From contig CAVVMW010000023.1 in assembly GCA_963749495.1 (NCBI GenBank), forward strand, positions 672,001 through 736,000: DNA of 64,000 nt, written 5' to 3'. The notes beneath the pieces were generated by a model, which was given only the letters and a program-made list of their open reading frames with translations, was not told where the DNA came from and did no database searches. The stretch's first letter is position 1. Every line of letters starts with the position of its first letter. This document shows positions 32,857-46,300 of the stretch, piece by piece. This DNA comes from an uncultured bacterium. GTDB lineage: Bacteria; Verrucomicrobiota; Verrucomicrobiia; Limisphaerales; UBA8199. The position numbers were made by a program, and so were the translations under genes.

Positions 32857-33695
32857 CCGGCAAGACCCTCTATCAGCCGCACGTGGTTGTGCTCTGGCTC
32901 ATCGTGCACCTGCTCCTGGGCTTTCGCAAGCTGCGCGACATCCAATTCTATAAAGAGGACCCGCTGGTGCGGCGCGTGCTGGGTCTCAAGGCGCTCCCGG
33001 ACGTTTCGACCCTCAGCCGCATTCTGGCCGACTTCGATGAACCGGCGGTGGCCGCCCACCAGGGGTTGAATCGCCAGCAGGTCCTGGGACGACTGGCACA
33101 GGAGGGGCTCGCGCGCGTGACCTTGGACTTCGACGGCAGCGTCCTGTGGGCCAGCAAACACGCCGAAGGAACCGCAGTGGGCTTCAACAAGCAGAAGAAG
33201 GGCGCCCGGAGCTACTACCCCCTCTTCTGCACCGTGGCGCAGACGGCGCAAGTCCTGGACGTGTTGCACCGCTCGGGCAACGTGCACGACTCCAATGGAG
33301 CCGTAGAGTTTGTGCGCCAATGTGTGGGGCGCCTGCGCCAAGCCCTGCCCGGAGTCCAGATCGAGGTCCGGATGGATAGCGCCTTTTTCAGTGATGAGAT
33401 GGTTGGGGCGCTGGAGCAACTCGACGTGGAATTCACCGTGTCGGTCCCCTTCGAGCGTTTTGTGGAGCTCAAGGCTCTGATCCAGGACCGGCGCGTGTGG
33501 TGGCCGGCCACGGTGGACGGTAAACTGCGGTATTTCCTCAAGCTCTGGAAGCCCAAGTGCTGGGAAACGCCCCGCCGGTTCATCTTCATTCGCCAGGAGA
33601 GCACCGTGCAACAGAAGGGTCCCATCCAGTTAGACATCTTCGAACCCCACCAGACGGGATTTGAATTCAAGGTGATCGTGACCAACAAGACCGGG

Positions 33696-33715
33696 CCTGC
33701 CTGCCGGCAGGCAGG
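33696..33715. repeat. 20-bp perfect palindrome CCTGCCTGCCGGCAGGCAGG, copy 2
   Basis: Read directly; located at the second frameshift of the transposase. Confidence 0.95.
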
Positions 33716-34312
33716 CTGGCCCTGAACGTCGTCCGCTTCCATGAGGGCCGAGGGCAGCAGGAGAAGCTCTTGGGCGAACTCAAAGACCAAGCCCAGATGG
33801 ATTACTTGCCGGGTCGCAAATGGGTGACCAACAAGATGTACCTGCTCTGTGCCGTGCTGGCCCACAACCTGGGCCGGGAGTTACAGAGGGACGCCCGCGC
33901 CCCGGAACGCGCCACCACCCACAAGCGCAGTGCCTTGTGGATCTTTGAGGGCTTGGAGATGATGCGGCGCAAGTTCATCCAACGGGCGGGACGACTCACC
34001 CGGACCAATGGCCGCCTGACCCTGACGTTGACCGCCAACAAAGTGGTGGAACAGATCTTCCGCAGCTACCTCCAGGCGTAGCCACCCAGCTTTCTTAAGC
34101 CTACAGACCCGGCTGCAACGCTAAAGTGCGTGCCGGAGTAGCCTTCCTTCTCCTCCCCAATTCCTTCCACTGGTCGTTCCTCGCCGTGGTTGCGCTCTGC
34201 GGCTGCCCGCTCGCCGCTCGCGCTTGCCGAGGCACAGGCCACGCGAGCCACCGCAGTCCTAAAGAATGCTCCCATTGGTCGCAAAAAGGGTCATTTTTAT
34301 GCAACGTTAGGG

Positions 34313-37300
34313 TACAGCGTTCCCTGCCTGGGCCGGACAATCTGGTGGAGCTTCAACCCGCCCGTCCAGGCGTACGCGACGATCTCGCTGGCCGGCAGCA
34401 CCTTTGACACGCTCATGGCCGGAGGCGTGTTCAACGGGGTCAACAACGGCAAGTCTTGGTACAACGACGACGCCAACGGACTGGTGACCAGTGCGGCCAC
34501 GGTCCTGGTGTATCCCGGCCAGACCAACCGAATCGTGGTGGACGGCAAGAGCGGCGCCGCCGCCGGCAGCGTCGGGGGAGTCAACCTCGCCGTCAGCCTG
34601 GGCGCGCCCACCAACGACTTCTACGCCAATGCCCAGGTGCTGGTTCCCCAGAGCTCTTTCAGCGCCGGCAATACGACCGGCATCAGCATCCGCGTGCCCG
34701 GCTCGACCACGTACGCCAGCAACGAGGGAGAAAACTGGGCGGGCAATTACTGGCTCCCGCTCCCGCCCAACAAGAACGTCTGGTTCTCCTACACGGCGAC
34801 CAACAGCGGAACGATTTGCCTGATGGTCGAGAGCCCGGCTAACCACCTCATCGCGGTCTACAGCGGCAATTCCTTCAACAACGGCTGGATCGGCGGCAGC
34901 ATCGGCACTGCCGGCGCCTCGCCCAACGCAGCCTTTACCTTCGCCGCCACCGGCGGCACGACCTACAAAATCTGCATCGACGGCACGGTCCCCGGTCCGT
35001 TTGTCCTCAACCTCAAGCATTACAGCGCGGCGGCGCCGCTCAACGACAATTTCGCCAGCCGCATCCCGCTCACCAACGGCGTCACGACCGCCGGCACGCT
35101 GGCGGGTTCGACCCGCGAGTCGGGCGAGCCGTCTTATCATGGCGGCAACGGCAGCGTCTGGTACAGCCTCGTGCCAGCCTGTACGGGACAATTGGAGGTG
35201 GACACCAAGGGCAGCGCCGCCGACACCCTCATCGCCGCCTACACCACCAACACCGTCCCTGGCCAGGTCAATAACCTGACCTATCTGGCCGCCAACATCC
35301 ACGCCGACGGCAACGCTTCCAGCCGCATCTCGATTCCAGTAACAGCGGGCAAGGAGTACGAGATCGCTGTGGCCTTGAACAGCGGCATGGTCCAGGATTT
35401 CGTCATCACCCCGCGTCTCACCTGCGCAGGCTATGTCGAGGCAGATCCCGGCACCGCGAACTTCCTGGAGTGCGGGACGGTCTTTCTCACGACGCCGGGC
35501 GGGGGAAACATCTATTATAGCCTCAATGGCGGGGCCTACCAGCTTTACACCAACGGACCCGGCATCACGCCAACGAACCTGGTCTATGCGGCCGTCACGA
35601 ATGGGATTTTCACCAAGACGGGCGGCGGGAACAACTGGAACGGCGGGTTTACCTCCGTCGAGACGATCGCGGGAGACGGTTTTGCGGAGTGCGTCGCCAC
35701 GGTCAACAACCAGGATTCCATGTTCGGCCTGCAGGCCACGTACGCGTTCCGCCAGCTACACCGGCATCGACTACGCCCTGTACCTGTGGGGAGCCGGTCA
35801 GATCCAAATCTACGAGGCGGGCACCTACAAGGCAACCGCCGGGTATTACAACGTGGGAGACCGGCTTCGGGTCGTTCGCACCGGCAACATCGTGCGCTAC
35901 TACCGGAACGGCGGGCTCCTCTACACCAGCTCGGTCACCTCGACCGGAATCCTGCACTTCGCCGCCTCGATGTATCAGCCGGGCACCTGCGCCTTGGGGC
36001 CGTGTTACCTGCGCAACGCGGGCATGGCCAATGAGACCGGCATCGTCATCTCGTCCGGGGACGTGAACGGAAACGCCACGCTGTCGGCGTACGGCCAGCC
36101 GGGAAGCGTGAACAGTTGGAATTATACGGTCCAGGCGGCCCCGCCCGTGGTGCTCAAAGGCAATTACCTCACCTGGACGAACCTGACCGGCGTTTACCAG
36201 GCGGGCACGCTCCTCACCAAGTCTTCGGCCAACAACGCCTGGGGCAATGCCCTGGCAGTTTCGGCGGACGCCGCTTCCAGGGATTGTTCGGCTGATTTCG
36301 TCGTTTGCCCCGGCTCGTCCTATAACATGGTTGGTTTGACGGCCAACAGCACGATATCCGGTTACGGGGACATCAACTTCGCCTGGCACAACGCCAATAA
36401 CACCCTCTATATTTACGAGAGCGGCAACTCACGCGGCTGCTTCGGCCCACTCTCCCCGGCAACGTCCTGCGGGTCGAACGGCTCGGCTCGGCCATCAACT
36501 ATTACCAGAACGGTAATTTACGCTACACGTCGGGTCTTTCGAGCGCCGCAACCTTGCGCGCGGCAACGACCATTTACTCGATCGCCACCCAAGTCGGCCC
36601 TGCCGCCTTTTACCTGCCGCAGTCGCCAGCCGTCACGATCGTGCCCAGCCCCTACGGTGACTCGACGCTTTACACCTCCGCAGCGCCGCCGGCCTCGGCT
36701 CCGACGGTCACGGCCAGTTCCCCGGATGCCTCGGCCCAACCGCCGTCATTATCGAGTTCCGCCAACTTCCGCTTCAGGAGCTTCCGCACCGGAGTCGTGC
36801 CCAGCACAGACGCGCTGCTCTCCTATTTGGCCAACTCCCTGCCGGGGCTGGTGTTTCAGGTGCCCGGGCCGGTTATCTCCACCACCAACCCCATCACGGT
36901 GGTTTCGCCCTCGGGCGTGGGCGGCACCTGGACGATCATTTTCCCCAACGGCAGCAAGGTCACCGGCCCGGGCGGCGGCAGCTATGCGTTCAACCCGCAG
37001 GGTGGCGGCATCTACACGGCCACCCTTTACGCTCCGGGTTACGACATCCCCGCCGCCTCGACCAACCTTTCGTTCGTGGTGAACGATATGGGGATCACGC
37101 CCAGCGGCACTTACGGGGCCATCCCCTTCTACGTCGGCGCCTGGAGCACTTATCCGCTCAGCATCTATTACACGTTTGCCGCGCAGGGAACGCCGAACAC
37201 CCTGTACACCAACCCCATCGCTCTTTCCAACACCAACGTCACGATCCGGTTCATGGGAACGCGCCCCGGTTTCACGCCGCAGTATTTGTCCGGCACATAC

Positions 37301-40300
37301 GCGTATTGCCCAAACGTGACCATCTCGCCAACAGGAACGTTTTCCAACGCCGCCACCTTCACGGTCAGCGGGGCAAATACCCTTCAATACCAAGCGGGCA
37401 GCGGACCCTGGCAGGCTTACACGGGGCCGTTCACCCTGGACGGCATACCCGGGGGCAGCGATTTCCTCCGTGCCTGCGCCCAGACCTCTCCTGGCGTTTA
37501 TGGGCCGACCAACAGCAGCCTCGTGACTTTTCAAGCCGCCTGCCCCGCCGTCACGCCGCCCGGCGGCGCGGTGAACGGCAGCTACACGCTGAGTGCGCAG
37601 TCCGGCACGATCGGGGCCCAGGTCTATTACGCCATGGGCGACACCATGGGCAGCATGCCCGCGCCGGCCTCCGTGACCAATCTCTATGCCGGGCCCATCA
37701 CGCTGAGCGGCTCCCGAAACTTTGTCTTCATCGCCCGCAAAACCGACTACCTGGACAGCCAGCCCGTCACCAACACCTACACCGCGCAGTTGCCCGCCCC
37801 TTCCTTTGTGACGCCCAGCGCCGCCTTCAGCGCTCCCGCGCAGATCATCGTGCAGTCCGGCGACGGCTACGGCGGCACCTTTGTGCTGACGAGCCCGTCG
37901 GGAGCGGTTCAGACCGTTTACACCACCAATAACACCGCCGGCTTCATCATCAACGAGGGCGGGCAGTTCACGCTCATGCTCCAGCGGAACGGCTGGGCGC
38001 CTTCGCCACCGGCCACACAGATCTACAATTTCATCCTCGCCGATCTCTCGATTGCCCCGAGTCTGTCCTGCCTCTACGCGCCGACGATCATCAGCATCAA
38101 CTGGGACGGCACCAACCCGCAGACCCCGGCGGTGTATTACACGCTCGACGGGAGCACGCCCACGACCAATTCGACACGTTACACGGGCGCCTTCACCCTC
38201 ACCAATTCCGCCACGGTCATCGCCCTGGGAATCCGCGCCGGATATGCCAGCGCCCTGGTAACCAACAATTACATCTACGAGTCGCCGGTCACGGCCTGGC
38301 CCCCGTCCGGAACGTACAACAATGCCGTCTCGCTCACCTTGAGCAACAGCCAGGCGCAGGCCATCTATTATCAGGTGAACGGGGGCGGGTGGCAAACTTA
38401 CACCGGGCCGTTCAGCCTCGACGGGCTCGGGAGCGGCAGCGTCACGCTGAGCACCCGCTACGATACCGGGACACAATGCCCCGGCCCAACGAACCTGTAT
38501 TCTTACTCGTTTAAGGCCGCCGACCCGATCGTCACGCCAGCGGGAACGAATTTCAGCGGGACCATGACTGTCTCGGCCGGCGACAACACCGCCGGGGCGG
38601 CGATCTTCTATGCCGTTGGCGACACGAACGGCAACCCCGCCTCCGGCTCGGCCGTCACTAACCTCTACACCGGGCCCATCGCTGTCGCTTCCACCCGCCA
38701 GTTCATCTTTCAAGCCCGCAAAAACGGTTACCAGGACAGCGCCCAAGTGCCGCAGGCTTACTCGAGTCCCTTGCCGGCACCCGCTTTCGGAACGCCGGAC
38801 GGCACCTTCACCAATGCCACGGCCATCACGCTCACCTCGCCGCTGGACACATCCCAGAGCTTTGTGCTGACCTTCCCCACCGGCGACTCGCAAACCAATC
38901 CCGTGACCGGAACCTCAGCCGCCATAACCATCAACGAGACCGGAACGTACCTCCTGCAATTGTTCAAAAACCCCTGGCTGCCATCGGCTGTCATGACCGC
39001 CAACTACGCCTTTCAAGTCGCGGACTTGCAGGTGACACCGGCCAGCCGATTGTTCAGCGATCTGTTGCAGGTCACGGCGAGCCAGGGTTTCAATCCCAAA
39101 CCGCTGACGATTTATTACACGGATGATGGAAGCGCGCCGACGACCAACGCCCTCGTTTACACCGGCCCCATTGCGGTTTCCAACACGGTCACGTTGCGGT
39201 TTATGGGCTGGCGCGAAGGCTACTCCCCCCAATACATCGATCGCATGTACACTTGCGCGCCCGGCTTGGCGATCTCTCCGCCATCGGGCACCAACGCCAG
39301 CGGCATCACGGTGACCATGACACCGTCCGGCACGAACTCTGTGATTTATTATTGCATCAACGACGGCGGTTGGACACCCTACGCCGCCCCTTTCGGAATC
39401 GATGGCGCGTCCAACGGCGTGGCTGTGGTCAAAGCCTACGCCGTCACGGGTCCGCTGGTCAGCCCCACCAACAGCGCCACGTACACTTTCAAAGTTGCCG
39501 CTCTGACGGTGAACCCGGCGAGTCAAAACTTGAACGGAAACGTTTCCGTCACTGCTGCAACGACCACGCTCGGCGCGGACATCTATTTCGCCAAGGGGAA
39601 TGACGGCGGAGAGACGCCTCCAGTCGCCGCCATCACCAACCTCTACAACGGTCCAGTAACGGTGAGCAGCACCACGGCGCTGTTGTTTGAAGGGCGCAAG
39701 GCCGGCTATCTTCCCGCGGATCAGGTTGAGCGCATTTACTCGGCCACCTTGCCCACCCCGCGCTTCGTGACCCCATCGAGCACGTTCACCAATCAAACCG
39801 CTATCACGGTGCAATCCGGACTCGCCGGCTACGGCGCCACATTCACTCTGTCAACTCCGGGCGGTTCGATTCTCACGGCCAGTTCGAGCACGGATACAGC
39901 CACGTTCAACATCAATGAGACCGGCGCCTATCAGTTGAGCGCCACGAAGGCCAACTGGCTTCCGTCGGGCAGCACCAATCAGGGTTTCAGTTTCATCGTT
40001 GCCGACCTCAACGTGAGCCCGCCCAGCGGCGCGTTCGACGGCCCAACCCTCGTTATCACCGCCCAGAGCAGCATCTCCAACCCCAAGCCGCTGGAAATCT
40101 ACTACACCAGGGACGGAAGCACGCCGACGACCAATTCCATGGTCTACGGCGGCGGGATCACGATCACCAATACCACCACGCTCAGGTGGCTTGCCACGCG
40201 CGATTACTACGCGCCGCAATACGCGACGAACACATACACCTGGGTGCCGGGCGTCACCCTCTCCCCGCCGGCCGGAACGTTCTCCAATGCCACGGTCTTC

Positions 40301-43300
40301 ACCTTGAGCACGCTGGCGGCGGGCGCGCAATTGTTTTATTCGACCAATGCGACCGACTGGCAGCCCTACACCGGGCCCCTCGCACTGGATGGGTTCAATG
40401 CGGGCACCGGCACCTTGCGCGCGACCTACACCGACTCCAACGGTTCAGGACCGACCAACTCGTTCACAATCAATTTCGTCGCCGCCGCGCCGGAAGTCAT
40501 GCCGACCAACCAGACCGTTTACTCGAACCTCACTGTGGCAGCCTCGACCGCCACGGCAGGCGCGAGCATCCTCTACTCCGCCAATTCGGATGGATTCGAC
40601 ACGGCGAACCTGACGAATCTTTACTCCTCGCCACTCACGATCACCAACCGCCGCTATTTCACTTTCCAGGCACAGAAACCCGGTTACGGGAACAGCGCTT
40701 TGACGCAGCGCAAGTTCGTCCAGAAACTCCCTCCTCCACACTTCATCACCACCGGGGACTACACCAACTGGGTCACCGCGTTCGTCGAGCTGGAGCAGCC
40801 GATCGCAAACGTGGTGTTCGTGGTTATCGGGCCCGAGACGAACACGATGGCGAACGCGCCCGTCTCCGCCACGACAGGCAAGCCGCTGGGGTATTACATA
40901 GCCAATGCCACGGGGAATTACGCGGCCAAGGCCACCGCGATCGATTGGGAGGACTCGGATTATGCAACCAACCAACTCACGTTCTGGGTCCAGGATTTGA
41001 GCACCCCTCCAACCCAATTGTTCAATGCGCCGGCGTTCATGGTGAGCGCGACTTCCTCGCTGTTTCCGGTGAACCCAAAACCGCTGGTGGTCTATTACAC
41101 AACCGATGGCACGGCACCGACGACGAACTCCCCCGTTTTCCCAGGTTCGATGGCAATCACGAACACTGCGTCGTTCCAGTGGCTGGCCACCCGCCAGGGC
41201 TATTACCCGCAGACCCTGAGCAACACCTACACCATTGTCGCGCCGATGACGGTGACGCCAGCGCCGGGCACATACTCCAACGCGATCACCGTTGCGCTCG
41301 CCTCGCCACACGGCGAAGCGGTTTTTTACTCGCTGAACAGCGGGTCCTCGCCGGGCGGGCTACCGGCGTCCTGGCAGAGTTATTCCGGGCCGATGACCTT
41401 CGACGGTTATCCTGGCGGGATGCTGAACGTCAACTGCATTTACACTGGCGGGACGACCAACGTCTTCTCCTACGTTTTTCAGGCGGACCCGCCGATCGTC
41501 AGCCCGGGCGATCAATTCCTGAGCTCACCCATCCAGGTAACGGCAACGCCCGGCGGCACGGTTGGGGCCGACATCGTCTATTACGAAGGAGACCTGGGCG
41601 GAGGTCCGCCCTCGACGAACCGTCCACAGACTGTCTACAGGGACCCGATACCGCTCTCGACGAGCCGTTCATATCTCTTCCAGTCGATCAAGGATAACTA
41701 CCGGCCGAGCGTCCTGGTAGCGCGCACCTACACGAGCCAACTGCCCACGCCGATCCTGCTGACCCCATCGGGAACATTCAGCAACCAGGTTCAGGTGCAG
41801 GTTCAATCGGGCCTCCCCGGCTACGGCGGGACTTACCTCATGATTGGCCCGGACGGGACGACCAACAAAGTGACCACGGAAGCCCCGGTTGCAGTGTTCA
41901 CCGCCAACGGGTCCTCGCCGGACGGACGACCGTACCAGTTCCTGATGCAACGGCCGGGCTGGATCAACAGCGCAGCCGCAAGCTGGGCGGCAACCTTCCA
42001 GGTGTCGGACCTGACCGTCGCGCCGGCTGGAGGACTCATCAGCATCCCCAATTCGCCGATTGCGGCTTCCGGAGATCCAAGCAATCCGAAACCGCTGAAG
42101 GTCTTTTACACGCTCAACGGTGACCCGCCAACGACCAACTCCGCGCTTTACACGACGCCGATCCTGATCAACTCGAACCTGACCATTCGCTGGCTGGCTA
42201 TGCGGGACGGGTACGTTCCGCTGCTCCAGACCAACTTTTACACGTTCGTAGCGGGCGTTACCATTGGCCCGACTGCCCCCTATTTCGTCAACGCCCAGGC
42301 ATTCACGCTGACGCCTCTGGGCCGAGCGACGGCGTTTATTATCGAACGACTCAAGGAGATACGCCGGGGGACTGGACGAATTACGCGGGACCGTTCACCC
42401 CGGACGCGACCAACCTGATCGAGTTCTATTCGTCATACGGGGGCCAACACAGCACCACCAACTCGTATTATGCGGCCTTCCAAGTCGGCGACATCCAGGT
42501 CAGCCCGCCCGGCGGCATTTTCACGAACGCCTTCCCGATCACGGCCGACACCCCAACCATTGGCGCCCAGATTGTCTGCGCCCGCGGGGACCTTGACGCC
42601 GGCGTGCCGGACTACGGCGCGCCCTACACCAACTACACCGGCCCCATCCAGCAAACGACCGACAACAGCGCCACCTACCGGTTCATCGCGCGCAAGCCGG
42701 GTTACGGCGATTCGCAGCCCGCCACGGCGACCTGGAGCTCGAAAATGCCGCTGCCAACGACGGGCCTGGGGACAAACATCGCCATCTGGGCGCCGACTCC
42801 GAACCTCCTCACCGTTTACCGGCCCAGCCAGTTCCACCGCTGCCTTACCAACAACTCTGTGGCGACCGGCATCCAATATCTCACCGGACAAAGCGAAGTG
42901 CCGTATTACCTCGAAACCTACGCCGCACCGGGCGATTATTGGTACCAGGCTGTGCGGCACGGGTGGGGTCCCTCGGACTGGCTGAGGATTCACGTCTCGC
43001 TCCTGAAACCGGACAACTTTGCGGACCGCCTTGATTTCGCGCTCCTGGACACCGGCACGAACTACGCCAATGGGCAGGCGCCATTGACCTACGGCGTGTT
43101 GGGGGACATCACCGGGGCAACCAGCGAGTCAGGCGAGTGGGACGGCACGTTCCAGAACGACGATGGGACCGTAACGACAGACCCGAACCGGGCCACCTCG
43201 CTGTGGTACCGCTGGGTGGCACCGGCCAACGGATTGGTGCATATCCAGGTCTTCGACAACCACACCGGCAACACCAACTACTTCATCTACGGCGTCTACA

Positions 43301-46300
43301 CCGGCAGCGCCCTGGGCTCGCTCAGCAGGGTGCTCATGGCCGATAAACCCACGGAGTTTACAGCCGCGGCAGGGACGGAATACAGCATCTCCATCAACAG
43401 CGGGGTCACGCCGGGATTGGGCGGTGAGTTCCAGGCCCGGATTGAGTTCTGGCCGACGCCGCTGAACGACCTGTACACCAACGCGATTGCGGTTGAATCT
43501 GACCAGCCATACAGGGCCTACACCCACGCGGCGGGGAGCGAACCGGGAGAGCCAGCCGGCCACAGCGTGTGGTGGAAGTTCTCGACTCTCATGGCCGGGA
43601 CGCTGGAGATTCCCCTGGACAATCCGGCCGTCTCGGCCTCGCTTTGGACTGGGGATTCCACGACCAACATGACGGCCATACCGCCGCAGTATTATACAAG
43701 CGAGGACTGGCATTGGCCGGTCCTCACCACCAACAATTACTTCTTCGTCCTGCCCGGCAGCGGGACATGCCGCATCCGCCTGGATGGGAACGAGCAGATC
43801 GTCGGGTTCACGCCAAGGTTTCACCCGGCGCCGCCGCACGATGATTTCCCAAACACGCTGACTTTCAACCAGGGCGAGAGCGAGCAGCAGGACAACTATC
43901 TCATCTCAACTTACCGGGTTTTCTCCGGTTCGCTCGGGGCCACGCTCCAGGACAGTGAACCGCCCGGAAATGAGGGTCCGGCCACCGTCTGGTACCAATG
44001 GACCGCGCCCGACGGCGGTGACCTGGACATCTTCCTTTACCAGACCTATCCGAACGGCTGGGAGACGGCCACAAAGCCGTTCGACGCCATCACGGTGCAG
44101 GCGTTCACAGGGAACAATTTCAGCGACCTGGCAGAACTGCCGCATCGCGACAACGCGAACTCGTCGTCCTCCTTCACCCTGATGCCGAATTTCGACACGC
44201 AGGATCCGGCCACCAACGGGGTGTTTGCGGGCGCACCGCTGGCCGCCACCTACACCGCGACGTTCACAGGCAACGTGGCTTACACCCCCTACCGAGAGGC
44301 TTGGTGCCGATGGGAGGCTGCCTTCAACGGCACGGCGCTCATCAACAAGGACTTCAACAACAACGGCACATGGAACGGCTTCAACCTCGAGGTGTTCACA
44401 GGGGACCGCTACGAGACGCTCCTCTCCGAGCCGAGCAGCACGTGGTACGGGGACGCCGCCAGCGCGCAACAGGCCACGTTCAGGGCCAAGGCGGGCCAGG
44501 TGTACACGTTCCACATCTATTACGGCAGCCGCCCGGCCACGAATGTGAACTACTCGTTCACGGTGCAGCCGATGGCCAGGCAGCAGACCTCCGTCTCCAA
44601 GGGCCAGCTCGTCTTTTTCAGAGTCTCGGGAATCGGCTCACCTCACGAGGTCGAGATTGACCTGACTTCGCGCGCGCAAAACGACAATTTTGCCGACGCG
44701 ATGGTCATCCCGCTGGCGCCGGCCATCTACGAGAATGGCACCAAGGCCAACGGCAGCGCCAAGGGCAGCCTCATCGGGAGCACGGCGGAGAGCTTCGAAA
44801 CCAACGGCGCGCATTCGGTCTGGTATAAAATAGCTGCGCCCCTCACCGGCCGCGGCAACGCCAGCCTGGCCGGCAATTATTCCACCTTCGTCGATGTTTA
44901 CGGTGGCAACGACCCGACGAACCTCGTCGCGCTCGACCCGGCTAATTTCCCCGTCCTGAGCGGCGTGACTTACTATCTCCGGGTCTGGGACATGAGCATC
45001 CAGAACTTCACGCTCAACGTGACGTTGGCCGAGTTGCCCTACAACGACATGCTGACCAACGCCCTGCCGCTGCAACGGCCGTCGTTCAAGGCGTACAACG
45101 ATTACGCCACCGTTGAATCGGGCGAGCCGATCAAGCAACAGAGCATTGGCCAGTCCGTCTGGTGGTCGTACAACCCCAGCCTGCCCGGCACCCTGGTGGT
45201 CAACTCGCCGCAGAAAACGGCCTACCTGTGGCAGGGCACCAACCTGACACAGTTGGCGGAAATGGGAAACAATACCAACGGCAGCCCGATCATCCAGCCA
45301 TTGGCGCCGGGGACGGATTATCGCATCTCGTTCGACACCAAGCCGGGCGTGCTCGCCGGGGATTTCGACGCGCTCGCGTCGTATTACGTGCTCCCGCCCA
45401 ACGACGATTTCGTCAACGCCACGCCCATCGTCAATCGCCAAAACGTGAGCTTCGTCAACGGCACCATGTACGCTTACACAATTCACGGCTATAATTACGG
45501 CGCTACCGTCCAGCTCAATGAGCCGCCCATGCACCAGAACTCGGTCTGGTACACGTGGGCGGCCCCCACGAACATGCTCGTCTATGTGAGCTGCCAGCTG
45601 CCGGTTTACACCTATGTCGGGGACAATGTTGCCTTCCTGAACCCAATCAGCGAGGCGGGCTTCGCGGCGGCAGCCGGCCAGACCTACCACATCGCGGTTT
45701 GCGGCGGGCCGTCCGAGTTCGATCTCCTGCTGCTGGGCACAACGCTGCCGGCCAACGACGGCCTGGCCAACGCCATCGACCTCACCGCCAACAACACAGT
45801 GAACTGGTACAGCTACGGCGCAAGCCTGGACGCGGATGACCAGCCGCCGCCCACCAACGGTTACTCGGTCTGGTGGACTTGGACGGCCGGACCGACCACG
45901 ACCAACATGTTCGTCTATGCCGGACGGCTGTCCGGGTTGCCCGACGACAACGTCCAGAGCAATTATCACCCGAACGGGCAACCCTACGCCGAGGTGCGCA
46001 TCTACGACACCAATGCGAACCTCCTGGCGGACACCCCGATGGACTTCTTCCAGGGCAACGACGGCTGGAGCGCGCCCGGCCCTACCGTGCTGAGCGCGCC
46101 CGTGCAAACCAACGCAACCTACCGGATCGCCGTCCTGTCGCGGAATCCGGAGCGGGGCAGGTTATCGGTTGCGGGCCAGCAAATATCCTCGGGCTATCCG
46201 CTGGGGTCCCAGGAGAACCCGGACACGCCGAGATGGGGCAAACGCAGCATCCAGGTTCGGGCGGATTGTGTACGATTACGTCAACGGCCAGATTTACGAT

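Larger units (their letters stand above)
32674..34081 (+). pseudogene. IS1380-family DDE transposase disrupted by two 20-bp palindrome insertions
   Basis: LTSFGGL, VTLDFDGSV, RSYYPL, RSGNVH, VRMDSAFF, FHEGRGQQE..GELK; removing both inserts gives one 455-aa ORF. Confidence 0.9.
32032..34312 (+). mobile_element. IS1380-family insertion sequence with a passenger ORF
   Basis: Terminal IRs CCCCTCAGTTGCATAAAAATG (32032) and reverse complement CCCTAACGTTGCATAAAAATG (ending 34312); flanks TAGA/TACA give no exact target duplication. Confidence 0.85.

Noticed and set aside
34190..34312. N-terminus of ORF 34190-36034 as the true start of the giant protein
   Set aside because: It lies inside the IS right end and lacks a signal peptide
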